Shown: one piece after another, positions 47,100 to 62,000 of the stretch
How the letters are laid out: the number at the start of each line of letters is the position of its first letter
How positions within the stretch are numbered: position 1 is the first letter of the stretch
Assembly (NCBI GenBank): GCA_002104945.1
Contig: MCFH01000056.1
Span: 295,039-359,038, forward strand
Origin: Piromyces finnis finn
Taxonomy: Eukaryota; Fungi; Neocallimastigomycota
Direction: 5' to 3'
DNA: 64,000 nucleotides
Made by a program: the position numbers and the translations under genes
Notes under the pieces: generated by a model
The model's database searches: none
Told to the model about the DNA's origin: nothing
Seen by the model: only the letters and a program-made list of their open reading frames with translations

Positions 47100-50000
47100 A
47101 TGGTTAATTTTAAACGTTTTGGCAGTCTTCTGCCGTTATTATTGGGAATTTCCAAAGTATTAGGAGCTGATGAAGTTGTCGAACAAGAAGGAAGTACTGG
47201 AAATAGTAATACCCCAAAGCCAATTGAATATAATTTTAATGATGGTCAACTTTATATTAAAGATGGAGTTACAGAATCACCATATAAAAATCCACTTCCT
47301 GGATATTATAAATACAAAGATATTGAAGGAACTGATAATTATGTTAAATGTGATAGGTATGAAAAATGTGAAGACATTACATCATCCTTATTAACAAAAT
47401 CAATTTGTAAGGTTAATGGAGAATTAATAATAAATAGTAGAAGTGAAAATAAAGTTGGTATTTGTTTAGAAAATAAGGCTTATACATTTGTAGAATTTGG
47501 TGAAAATGATAAAAACTATGTTGTTTCACAAAACGTAGAACTTTTTGGATTTGATGCTAAAACTACACATGTTTTGTTAAAAATCAGTACAAACTCTATT
47601 ACATTTGATAACACTGCTAAAGATTTTGAAGATCAATGTGTTCTTAAAGGTGACAATAATGGATATATCGTTGATCGTAAGGTAGATTTTTGTTCTACCG
47701 ATTCCACAGATATGTATTATACATGTAAAAGTGGAAAGTGTACCACTAAAAAACAAGATGATTATGAAGATGTAGAAACAGAATATACAAAAGAGAAATG
47801 TACATTTATTATTGACGAAGGTACTGTAAATAATTCTTGTACTAAGAAAGGTTATTATTTACATGTAGATGGTCAAAGTAAAAAATTAATTGAATGTTTA
47901 GTAACGCAAGCAGCACCATTAACTGGAAGAAGTGGAGAAATTTCTTGTGGAATAAAAACCACTACTGGTATAACTGGTTATTACTGGAATGAATTACAAT
48001 ACAATGAAATTATAAAGTGTGTAGATGGTGATTGTTCACTTGTAACTTTTGAAGATGAATGCCAAAAGGCTGGTGACTTCATAGATAATGGATATAATGT
48101 TAAATTATGTAATACTGCAAGTACTGCTTTTGTGTTCAAGGGAATTGAAGATAAATTAATTGAAGATAAAAAAGAAAACAATTATATTGATAATATTTTC
48201 GGTGAAGAAAATATTAGATATGTTGTTGATACCAATGATTACAAAGTAGAAATAAAAAAAGAACATGATATAAAAGATACAATTTTAGAAAACAAACACT
48301 ATATTTGTTCTAATGGAAAATGTAAAAAGACTGACATTTCTATCAATTCTAGTTTAGATTGTAAATACACTAATGCTAAATTAATAACTGAGCAAAAATA
48401 CTTTATTACTGCTGATGGACAATTTATTCAAGATACTGACAGTGACAAAGATAAATATTCAGGATATTTAATTAGTATTAAAGAAACAAAGTGTAATGTT
48501 ATTTCTAAATCAAATGGATATTATGTTTTTAGCGAAAGTCAATTAGTTTTCTGTAATACAGAACAAGGTTGTAAATTAGATAATAGTGTATTACTTGTAG
48601 CTAAACCTACAGATTATCCAATTTATCTTTTGAATTCTGATAATACTGATTCAACTAAATTAATTAGATGTACCTCATCAAGTGAATGCAAAGTTTATAA
48701 AGGTGAAAAAGGATATTATCTTGATGGAAGTGTAGATTCAAAGGAACTTAGTTTAATTTATTGCAATGGATCTACTTGTAGTGCTACCATGGTAGCATCA
48801 CGTAGAGCCTACTACACAAAAGATATTAATGGGGAGGTTACTACAGAAGGAATTATTTTATGTAATAATGGATGTGTTAAGGCTACATTAGGAACAGAAG
48901 AAAAATATTACTTAAATGGTGGTGTTGGAAGCAATGTTACGCCATTGATTCATTTCAAATCTGGTGCAGACCCAGAAATTGAAGTAATTGATAGTAGTAA
49001 GAAAGAATTATACAAAAATGCTAATGATGTTAAAGGATTTATATACTGTAGTTCTCCAACTGAATGTAGTGAAATTTCAAAATTCCAAGATAAAGAATAT
49101 GTAGATGTTAAAGAAAAGAAAATCCATTATTATGACGATGAAAAAGAAAAATGGAGTGAGTCAGATATTAATTTAGAAACAAATGGTGATAGTAATGCTT
49201 ATTACGTAAACAAATTAACAAATGAAATTTTAACTAATAACAATGAAGATGGTAAATTAGTTGTATGTAGTAAAGCAAGTGATGTTACTACCTGTGGTAT
49301 AGTAACTAAAGAATTCAAGACTTATTATATTAATGGTGGTGATGATAGCAAATCATTAATTCAATATGATAAAAGTAAAACTAAATTTTCTTTAATGAAA
49401 AATGTGGATGAAGGGTATTATATTAATTCTAATACTGATGTAATATCTTGTAATGAAAATTGTGAAAACTTTAGTATACCTGAAAATTGTGATGTAAATG
49501 AAGGAAAAATAATAAAATCTAGTAATACTAATAAATTTTGTATTTCCACTTCTAAATCAGTAGAATTGACCACTAAAGAAGAAAAATACATGGTTGGATC
49601 TGATAGTGATTCTAAAATATACAAAGTTAATAACAAGAATGTTTTGGTAGATAAAAGTGAAGGATATTATTTAATTAAAAGGGACGACACTAAAAAATTT
49701 GTAAGTGCTAAAGATATTGCTGGTGATGTTTATTATTGTAATGGTGTTAAGTGTGTTAAACAAACTATATCTGATGAAAAGTATTTACCAAATGATGATG
49801 AAAATACAAATTCCAACTTAACTAAAATTTACTGTAATGGTGGTCAATGTAAATTAAATGCAAAGTCAGCTACTGAAAATTACTGTATTAAAACAAATGA
49901 TGGCAATACTGACAAATCATTATATGTTTGTAAAGATGCCTGTGACTTTACTGCTCAAAACAATTGTAGTAATGAAAATAATAAGATTGGTTATTATTTA

Positions 50001-53000
50001 GGTTACTATAATTCCTACTTAATTAAATGTAGTGATAATGGTAATTGTGAAAAGGAAATCCTGGATGATAGTGCTATTGGATACTATTTAAATATGGATA
50101 ATAGTAAACCATTAATTCAATGTTACACCTCTTTAGGTAAAACTAATTGTGCTGCTGTTAGTGAAGTTAAAAATGGTTATTATACTACTCCAGAATCCAC
50201 AACAGATGGTAATATTATTAAGTGTAATAATGGAAAGTGTAAATTAGAGACTGTAACAGTTACTGCACAAGAAATAAAATATTTTGTTAGTGGTGAAACT
50301 AATAAACATATTACAAAATGTGAAGAAGTAGTTGAACAAGAACCAGAACCACTTCGTAGAAGTGGTGTTGAAATGGTTACAAAATGTACTGCAATTGCTT
50401 CTCCAAAATTAGGATGGTATGTCAATGGAGACAAAAATGCTAAAACTGAAGGTCTTGATTTAATTTTATGTTCAAAGACCAATGGCAGTTTTTCATGTAT
50501 TGAAAAACCAAAGAACATTGGTTATTACTTAAGTTCAGAAGATAATAAATTATTAAATTGTGATAAAACAGGATGTAATGATGTAGTTGATCTTTCAGAA
50601 AGTTCTGCTAATTCATATTATGTAAATGGTGAAAATAACCAATTAATTTATTGTCAAGGTCCAAACTGTAAATCAATTGATGTCAATAGTAAAGGATTTT
50701 ATTTATCTGCTACCAACCAAAAATATTTAATTAAATGTGACAAGGTCGATAAAAATATTGTTTGTACTGAATTAACTAAACCAGGTACTAATGGTGTATA
50801 CATGAATGCTGATACATATACTTTATCTCAACAACCATTAATTGTTTATAATGATGATGATTATGATGATTCTAAAAGCAAATTTAAACTTTCTGGAAAT
50901 GACATAAAGAATGGTTGGTATAAGAGTGCTGAAACTGATGTTTTAACAAAATCACCAGATAATTCTGTTATTAAATGTACCAATTCTAGAAACTGTAGTT
51001 ACGTAAAGGTAAAGGATAGTCAATGTAGTCCATCTATTGCTGGTGAATTTTCAAAGGTTAACGGAAAATTACAATGGTGTAAAACAGATGGTAGTGGTTT
51101 TGTTGATTTTGTCAATGGTGAAGTTATTTCTGAATTTAATAAAAATGATAAAATTCCAGGTGTCAATCTTCCAAGTGGTGTTAAAAAGGCCTACGCCTTA
51201 CTTCAAGTAGATACCACTTTTATAGTAAGATCGGATGCCGTCGATGGTTACAAATATGATAAATCCCTTTACTTCTGTCCAAAGGAAAAGTATGGTATTT
51301 GTACCGAAGTTAGTACTGCAGATTTAGTTCCAGGTATTTACATTGATCATAAGATTACAAATAAAGAAATTAAATGTAGTGAAGTAGATAAGAAAGTAAT
51401 ATGTGAAGAGACAGAAAATAAATTTGTTACTTATAGCGATGGATATAAAATAAATAATAAAGATATGTATGGAATTAATGTAGATTACATGTATGCATTT
51501 GCTAATAATGGAAATTCATTCCCAACTACTGGTGATTATTTCAGAGCAAATGTTAATAAATACTCTATAAAGTTGATCAAAAATATTGAAGGAGTTGAAG
51601 ATATAACTAAATATAATAATAAATTTGATTCTAATGGAAAATTATTTGTAAATAAAATTAAGGATAGTGAAGGAAAATTAAAAGAAAATGATGAAAACAT
51701 AGATGCTAATTATTATGATTATGATACTAATTACGGTTTTTATGAATATAGTAAAGTAAATGAAGCAATCTCTTTAGATAAAGTAGTTATTTACTTTAAT
51801 GAAACTGAAGAATTTAAATATGAATGTAAGATTGGTGATGTTTGTATTAAGAAGGAATTGACTGAAGTACCATTAAAAGGATTTAAATTTGATTCTGATG
51901 CAGGTGTACTTAAACCAGAATTTACATCCAATAAGGAAGAAAGAAAAATTGAATTTAAGGTAGGTACATATATTGTTGGCGATAGAGAAGTTACATATGA
52001 TAAAGATGGTAATTTTAAACAAGGAGAAACAATACCAAATTCTGATGATGCAGATGAAGGTAGTATATGCAAGGATGGTGGAGTTGTTGCATTTAAAGTT
52101 GGTGGTACTAAAACAATAAAATCAAGTAAAAGAGTATCCAAGTTTGTATTCAAGCCAGAAAGCGTTAATGCTAGTAAAAGATCAGAATCTGACGAAGCAT
52201 ATGGATTAATGGAATTAACACATTTATCCTGTACTGTATCCAAGGAAATTAGAAATATTTTCATTTCTGGTGAAGATGATGATGAAGAAAAAGATCATAT
52301 TATGATTACTGAAGAAATTTTAGATGTAGATTCTGCTTACTCTTGTAATGCAAAGGAATGTAAATCTATTACTGAAAATGAAATGACGAGATATTACATA
52401 AATACTGCTCAACAAGGTAAAATTAAGAATGCTTATGCAAAATGTGGATATGATGATAAAAAAAAAAAAGTAGTATGTGTATTATTAAATATTAAGGAAG
52501 ACGATAAATTATTATTTGAAAATGCTGCAGCTACTAGTGCCGAAGATGCTTTAATTTCATGTAATTACAAAGAAGGATGTAAGACTATGCCAGTTAGTGG
52601 TAAATTAGGTTTACCATTATGTGAGGAAAAGTATGATGATATTAAGCTTACTTATTATGTTCGTGTAGATAATGGTGAAGAGTTAGAAAAAGATCAATAT
52701 TGTATTGATGAAAAAGAAAAAATTGTCTCATCAAGTGAATTTATTGAAAGTGAAATATTTGTATTTGATATCACCTATAGACAAATTGATTATTCAAAGA
52801 TAAAAGAAAATCATAAATTCGCATCAATGTATTACAAAAATGAAAATAATGGTAAATATGTTCAAACTTATGGTTACATAACAAGTACTGATGGTTATTC
52901 CAAATTAACCAATGAAGGTTTAACTTTTATTAAATATAAAGATACTTATAAATCTTGTGAATTAGAAGGAACAGGTTCTATTATTAAAGAAGGAAGTGAT

Positions 53001-56000
53001 GTTGAAATCTGTATTGGTTCTGAACCCCCTAGAAAAATTACTGGAATGGACAATACTTATAATTTATTAAACATCAATTTAAATAATGTTTATCCTGAAG
53101 TTAATGCTGGTAATAAGATTCTTGTTAAAGTAAAAGGTGACATTGTATATTCAATTTATGAAGATGGATATGTTTTAATTGATTCAGATAATAAATTAGT
53201 TGAAATGACAGTCCAAACTAGAAAACGTGAAGTAGAACCAACACCATCACTAACGCTTTATCAATTTAATGTTAATAATATGTATTGTGATAGTATTGAA
53301 AATCCATCAAATGGTATATATAAGACAAATATGAATGAAAAAACAATTAATTGTATAGGCAAAAAATGTAATTTAAAGGATATTGAAAATTTACAATTTT
53401 CAAAGAATATTACTTATAGTTATATCAAAGATAAAAATAATCTATTTTCAAGTGTATCTACTGATGAATTTATTATTGAAATTAGTGAATACAAAATAAC
53501 TCCATTAATTGCTGATAATTACATTTTAATGGATGAAAAACTTTACTTATGTAATTCAAATAAGGAAACCTGTAATGAAGAAGACATTAAACCAGGTTGG
53601 TATATTTCTGGATCTGAGAGTTACAAGGCCATTAAATGTGAAAGTGGAGCTTGTAAAACTGTAGAAAATTTAAGTTCATCGTGTTCAAAGATGGGTGATT
53701 TAATTTACAGTACTTCAGCAAAGACTTATCAATTATGTAATACTACAAGAAACGGAAAGTCACTTGTTGATGCCGCTGGTTCTATTATTAATTTAAGAAA
53801 TGATAATAGTAATTATGATAAAATTAAGAGTGAATTCCCAGAACAAAATAATATCATTACTATAAGTAAGAATGCTGCTATTGGTATTGGTATTGATAGT
53901 GGTAGAAATGAAGCTACCGAAAGTATTTATAAACCAATAAAGACTTGTTATTCTATTAAATCGAATGTTGATGAAACAAAACAATGTCAATTCTCTTCTT
54001 CAGATTTAATAGCTGTCGGTAATTATTGTATAAAGAATGATCAATTGTATGTAACAACAGAAGAAAAAAAATGTCAAAAAGTTGATAAGAATACTGCTTT
54101 ATTATTAAATGGTGAAATTGAAATTAAAAGTGTAGCTGATATAACTTTAACTACAAGAATGTATTATTGTAATGGAGAAAAATGTGAAATTACAGCAGGA
54201 TATATGAAATTAGGAAATGATGAAGTAAAATGTGATTTAACTGGATGTGTTAAAAATGAAAGTATAACACACGATTTTACTGATCCTATTACTTATTCAT
54301 ATTCAGAAGACCCATCAGATTTCCCAGGTGCTGCTAATGTGAAATCAGCATTAATTGAAACTGGTAGTAATTATAAAGTATTATTTAAGGGAGATGGTTA
54401 TTATTTAATTAACAGTTCGAAAGAAATGTTAGATAAAGATTCAGAAGAAAATCCAAATTTATCAGCAAATGCAACTGGTAATTTATATTTATGTAATAAA
54501 AATGATTTAAGTTGTGTAATGCAAAATGATGATGATGCACAAGATAAAATTAATGGTTATTTCTTAAATGGGAAAACAAAGGATAATACATCAATTATTA
54601 TTTGTAAAGATGGTGTATGTTCAATTATAAATAATTCGAATGCTGATAATATTAATGATATTCATTATGGAACTGATAAATGTAACAGTACAATTAGTGG
54701 TAGTTTGGTCAGAGATAATAAAAAGAATGTCAAATTATGTATTTCTAATATAGCTCAATCATTCACAACTAATGATTCAGTAAAGTATTATGCCATTAAA
54801 TTGTTAAAGAACAATGCATTTGGTAGTGTTAGAGTTACAGAAGAAAATGATGTTGCTAATATTATTGTTAAAGTAACCAGCAAGTCAATCACCCAATACA
54901 AAGATAAGGGTTATATTTTACATAAATCCACAAATGAAATTGTTGAAAATGTTGGAGGTAATAACAGCGCTAGTCTCTACAATTGCAAAGAAGATGATGA
55001 TAACAGAGTTGTTTGTGATGCTGTAAAGAATATTAATAATGGATGGTACTTTAATGAACATTACAATGATAAAAGATATATAGTTTGCAATTCTGGTGCT
55101 TGTGATGTAAAGGAAGCTCCAGAACTTATGCAATGTCAATCCAGTGGATCATTAATTTACAATGATGGAAAATTCAAATTATGTAAGACACAAAATGAAC
55201 AAGTTGATCTTGTCGGAAATTACAAGGTTATTGTAAATATTTCAGGTAAAGAAAAATTCCCATCAATTGAAATGAATAATACTGAAATTTTGTTAGAAAT
55301 TAATAATAAAAACTCTGTTACTATTGAAAAGTTTGAAGGATATAAAATTATTAATGAACAAGATAAGAAATTAATTATAGATGATGATAAAGAAGGTTTA
55401 CTCTATAAATGTGAATCAACCGGAGAATGTAATAGAGTATTATTACCAAACCAAAATTATTATTTGAAGAATAACGCCACAGGATTTGCTGAAGAATTAA
55501 TATATTGTACTGGGGAATATGGATCCAAATGTGAAATTAAAAATCCAGAGGAAGGATTTTATGTTGGATCTGATGTTAACAAACCAATCATTCAATGTAT
55601 CCAACCAGGATATGAAGTTGATGGAAGTACTACCACAACTGGAAATATTGTATGTAAAGAAAGACAATTTAAAGAAGGTTGGTTTATGAATGCTGGTTCT
55701 GATAAGAATGAATATCCACTTATTTATTGTAATTATGAACGTGGTTGTGTTACAATTAAAGATTTAAATGATGGATGGTATATCAATACAGGAAGAGAAT
55801 CCATTTTTGGCTACGACGGATTGAATAATTCTACTATACCATCAATTATTAAATGTGAAGGTAATTCTTGTGATTATGTAAAAAGTAAAGATTTAAAGAG
55901 TGCCTGTGAAGAAAATGGAGGTGAAATAATTATTTCTAAGGGATCAATAAAATTATGTAAAAATAATAAAGAATCCATTGATGTATCTAAAGCAAGTAAC

Positions 56001-59000
56001 ACCAATATCATTATGATAAGTGAAAATGAAAAATTCCCAGGTCAATCTGGTAGTGATATTATTGCTGTTGAAATAAACAAATTCTCAGCAGTTCAAAAGA
56101 AATATGCTGAAGAAACCTTCTTATATATTAACAAGGAAATGTATAGATGTGATGATACTTGTGAAATTATTAAAGGAAATGATGAAACAAATGGAATGAA
56201 GGTATTAGATCAATTTACAAGAAATATTTATACTTCTAGTTTATGTGATGAAAATTCATGTAGTTGGGTAATAAATAAGGATGAAGGATTAATATTTTTA
56301 GATGGAAATTACAAGTTAGTTGAAGGAATTGGTGAAGGATTTAATGATATTTCTCATTTATTTAAGTGTAAGAAATTTGAAAAGAATCCAACCTGTTATG
56401 AATTAGATTTTAATGAAGGTTATTACATTAATCAATATCATAAAATTGATGAAAATAAGAGTGGTCAAAAATTGTACATATATGATGGAGAATGGAAGAT
56501 ATTTGATGATGAATATAAGGAAAAACCAACTTGTACCTATTTGAATTACAAGCAAAATTACTGTACTATTAGTTACAGTGATGAAGTTTATTCTGACAGT
56601 GACAATGAAAATATAATTTCAGCTGGTGAAATATGTAAGTCAAGCAATGGAAAGTATTTCATTGCCTATGGTGAAATAAATACTGGTATTGATAGTCCAA
56701 ATTGTGTTAGTTTCCCAAATGACGCAACAGAGAGTTATTATAAAATTAATGAAAATAAATATATAATGGATAAATATGGATTTTTCGTAGTTGGTGATTA
56801 TGTTGAAAAGACCAACTCTAAATTAGTATGCAATGGAATGAAATGTCAAATTGAAAAAATTTTAAGATGTTCATTCAATATTCAAAATGGTACATGTAAA
56901 TCTAGTTCTGATATTATAAAGACAGGTAATATATGTATTTCAGAAGGAAATACTTATTTAGCTCTTAGCGACATATCTACTAGTGAAGGTAGTTGTATTA
57001 AATATGTTAGTCCTTCTAATGAAAAAACTATTCCATACTCAGAATATGGATATGATAATAGTAAAATTGTCAAGGGCGATAATAAAAATAAGTATTTATT
57101 GATTAATAATAAGTTAAGTATATTTAACTCACAAGAAAGTGTAATGTTAAAATCTGAAGGAAATTATGTAATTGACAATTATAATAATTTAGTAAATATT
57201 GGAAACAATGAAATTAGTATTTCTGAAAATTCAATATTCAAGTATATTTTATGTGATGGTAATAAATGTGAAAGAAGAACTACATGCTTGAACAAAAATG
57301 AAGCTGAATATATCTATGATAGCAACGAAAGTATTATTAAATGTGATCCATTAAAGAAAACTATACAAAAGATTAGTCAACCTGGATATTACTTAAATAA
57401 ACCATGGAATAATTTAATAAAATGTCACCAAAATATTGTTAAATCCAAAATAGAATGCAAGGTAATAAATGGAAATAATGGAAATGAAGGTTACTACATT
57501 AATGCTGGTAATAAGGATAAGATTATTAAGTGTATTAGAAATGAAGGTAGATTCAGTTGTTCTGAAGAAAATATTGTTGAATGTACATTAGACGAAAAGA
57601 CTAATACCTGTACCTCTAAATTAGAGTTATTGAGAAACAGTTACTGTATATACAGAGCCGAAGATAAGAAATTAGGAAAGATTGAAAAGTTAATGTATGT
57701 TGAAAATTACATTAAGGAAGGTGAAAAGGGTAGTTGTATTTCTGGAAATGATGTTGATCCATACTTCTATTACTCTAAACAATCTAAATTCTTGGGTCAT
57801 CCAGAACGTAAAGATTTAATTAGAGTAAGTGGTAGTTCTGTAACAAGTATTTATGAAAATGATATCGGTTATTATGTAATAGATACAAAGGATGGACTTG
57901 GTTTGAAAAATGATGTTGGATTAGAAAAAAGTAGATTCTATGAATGTACTAAGGATGGATGTATAGAAAATGTAAATCCAGATGTTAATAAAATATACAT
58001 TAATAAGGCTTCATCAGAAAAATTAATAAAATATAAAGGATATTGGGATGTAATTATTGAAAGTAAATGTACTATATATGCCAACAATCCAAAATTATGT
58101 TATTTAGGTGGCGAAGGTATAAATAATAAAGGTATATTGTATATTGAAAATGATGGAATGTTAACTTTCTATGTTCCAACTGAAATTAGTGAAAAAGTTA
58201 ATGCTATTAATAGAAATAAATTTGATACAAAAGATAAAGAATTAGAAAAAAATAGATATATTCATTATGAAAATAATTTATACTTATTAAATAGTAATTC
58301 ACAATCATTTGATAAACAAGTTAAAGAAGGTTATTATTTCTTTAGTTCTAAAAAAACTAAGTCATTTAATTTATTACCATATGTAACAACAGTGAATAAA
58401 ACATTAGAAGATGAAAATTCAAATGAGATTTCTTACTATGAGGTAACTAAGAATTGTTATGGAGAAATAAATTCAAGTGAAAGTAAAAGTATTAATGATT
58501 TAAAAAAGGGATGTTATTGGAATAGAGCAAATGAAAATGTTGTTATCCAAAATATGGAAATTTCTGATAAGGTAAAACCAGAAGAAGAAGATGAAGAAGG
58601 TGATAAAAGAAGAAAACGTAATAATGATGTAGAATTAAACTCAGTAGTAAAATCAAATACAAACATATGTAAGAGTGTTGTTAAAAACAATTGTGTTAGT
58701 GCAATTGAAGGACAAGTCATTTCAAAGGGTGATGTTTGCTTAGTAAAGGATGGTGAATTTAAAGGATTGTATTTAATTATAAATGATATTAAGAAGGGAT
58801 CAAGTGGAACAAATTGTTTAAGATATGATTATGGCAATGTTTATCACTATGTCAATGAAAAAACTAATATTAATGGAAAGGATTATGAAAAGATATTAGT
58901 TAAAATTGGTAAAGATGAAATTGTACCATTTGATACTAAACTTGAAGATAATAGTAATGTAGGTTATTATGTGCTTAATAGTAATAAGCAAATGATATCA

Positions 59001-62000
59001 AATGAAAGTTTAGAATCAGCTACAGCTTATAATTGTAATTATAAATATGATGAAGAAAATGTTAATATAGAAGGATTTGAATGTAATTCATTTGAGGAAA
59101 AAGGAAATAAATATTATTATGGTAATTATGAAAATATTTTGTATGCCAGCAATAGAAAGTGGAAAGTTGAAAAGGATGAAAAGTATTACTTCCGTAATGA
59201 TGAAAATTTAGCATCATCATATGATGAAGAAAGTCAAAACGAAGATACATGTAAACCAATAAAACTTGGAAATATTGAATATAATATTGAAGGTTATTAT
59301 TTGAATAGTGCTGAATTAAATAGAACTGTATTAGTTGAAAATAAGAGTGAAGATTATTCAATTTATAAAGGATTAATTAAATGTAAGGTATTAGAAAATG
59401 GTCAATGTAGTAGTGAAGAAGAAGGAAAACAACTAGTTACTGGAGATATTTGTTATGACGGTTCAAAGAAGAAATTATATGTTGTTGAAATTGAAAAATC
59501 TCAAGATGAAAATACGAACGATATTACTAAATGTTACACTGGAAGTAGGAATCTTAAATATAAGATTATTGATAACGTTTTATACCAATTGGATGGATTA
59601 TCTTTAAAGAAAATGGCAAGTGGTATTTATATATTAAATGATAAATTAGAAAAGTTTGAAAGTGAATATCCTGAAAAGCCATACCAAATTGTTTCCTGTG
59701 AAAATGGTGGTTGTGAAATAAAGGATAAATTGCAATTAGAAAGTAATGAAATTGTATTGAATAGTGCTGTTGTATATGAGGGTAGTAAGGAAAGTATATT
59801 AAAATATTATAATGAAACTATAGGAGAAGGTAATGAGAAATTCATGAATCTTAAAGATAATAATAAATGTTATTGTTTAGATAAAAACGGTGAAATACCA
59901 AATGAAGATTCAGATTCATGTTATTATTTTGTTAATTGTAAAACAGATAGTTACAATATAAATTATGCAATAAATAGTAATGAACGTATGATATTAAAAT
60001 ATGAAAGTGGTTATTATAAATTAAATACTGGAGAATATGATAATAAAAAAATTAAATATGATCCTAAATTGGATGTTATAAAGCACGGAAATGATTACAA
60101 TATTGATGAAAATGAAATTAAATATAAGATTGATAATAACAATATATTTAAATTAAAACCAAAATATATAACTTATGGATATGGAATTATTGATGGTTTG
60201 TACTTATTAAAGGATGGAAAACCATTTGAAAGTGAGGAATGGACAACATTGACTGAAAAAGAGGTATGTTATGCTGTAAAGGGTAGTTGTAATAAATCAA
60301 AATTGAAGACCTATAGAGAAAACAAATATGTAATCAATAAGGCTGTTGGTAAGACATCAATTGTAACTTATGATTTAGAAAACAATTTATGGAGAACTGT
60401 AAAAGAAGATGGATATTACTTCTTATTTGATCATAATGGTGAGACATACTCTATCAATATTGAAGATAGAAGACCAAGTAAAATATATGAAATTAGAAAT
60501 GGTGAATTGATTGAGGAAAACTTAGTTAATAAAGAAGGTGAAATCGGTTTCTACTTATTTAATGATTTAATTGTTGAAAAGGTAGGAATGGGATGGGAAG
60601 ATGCAAAGAAAATATTAAATAATGTTGATGTTGTAGAAAAGAGTAATTGTAATGCTATTGAAAAGGCTGAAATAATTGAAGCGGATGAATATTGTTACAA
60701 TGAAAATTACGGTATGTGTATTGTTAAATCTTTAATTGACGATAAGACTGGCAAGAACAGTAATTGTGTATTTAACACTAATGCTTCAAAACATTTCGAA
60801 GTTATTAACAATGAATTATACTTAATTGATGCTAACTCATTTAGAAAGATCACTTCATCTGGAATATATGTTATTGGAAATGATAAATTAGGTTACAACG
60901 GAAAGAAGGAAGGAAGTGCTAGCGCCTATAAATGTGTTGATGGTAAATGTACTATTGCTAATGATTTAGAATCTCAATATTACTACAACAAGGCTAGTGA
61001 ATTATTAGGTGAAGAAGTTATTTTATACCATGATAATGCAAGAGATTCATGGAGAAAGACCAGTGAAAGTGGAAAGTATGTCTTTAATAATAAAGGATAC
61101 CCAACTGTTTCTTCAGAAGAAGGAATGAAGGTATATGAAGTTGGTAAGAAAGGTTCAAAGATTGAAAAGGTTGAGAGTGCTAGTGATGGTAAATTAATTG
61201 TTAAAACTATTTCAAATGAATTATTTGTTATCGATGTTAAGAATGGTAAAATTGAACTTAAGCGTATGAAAAAGTGTAGTGTCGATGTTAATGGTAATGT
61301 TAAGGTTAAAGGAAAATTACAAGTTGGTGATCTTTGTAATGCTGATGGAAATGTTGTTATCATTACTGCTAACAAGAATGCAAAACGTGAAGAAGTTGAA
61401 GATGATGAAGAAGTTGAATACTCTTACACTGGAGCTGTCAGTGATAATCAAGAATCAAAGATGATTTACATTGAAGAAGAAATGAAATTCGCAGAATTAA
61501 GTAATGAAGGATATGAATACCTTGATATTGAAGGATATGTTGTTCTTGACAAATCCAATGGTGGATTATTAGAAAGTACAACTGAAGTTTTATGTGATGC
61601 CTACTTATGTAAGGATGGAAAATGTACCTTATTAGCAGCTGATAAAATAAAGAGTGGAAACTATTACATAAATAGTTTAAGTGAAAATGGAAAACTTGTT
61701 AAATACGTAAGCAATGGTAAGTGGAAGGTTGAAAGTGAAATCGGATACTACTTCTTAACTTCTGATATGAAGATGGTTGAAAAGGAAGGTGTACCAGAAT
61801 ACGTCATTGATGTTAGAAAGGTTAATGGTAAAATGGAACAAGTTGAAATTACTGATGAAAATGTTGTTGGTTTCTACTTAAACAAGGCTGGTAAGAATAA
61901 GTACTTAGTGTCTAACAACGAAGTCTTCTGGTCTAAGGGAACTGAATTACGTATTTGTGAAATTGAAGAAAAGGAAGAAGGTAGTATTTGTAAAACTACA

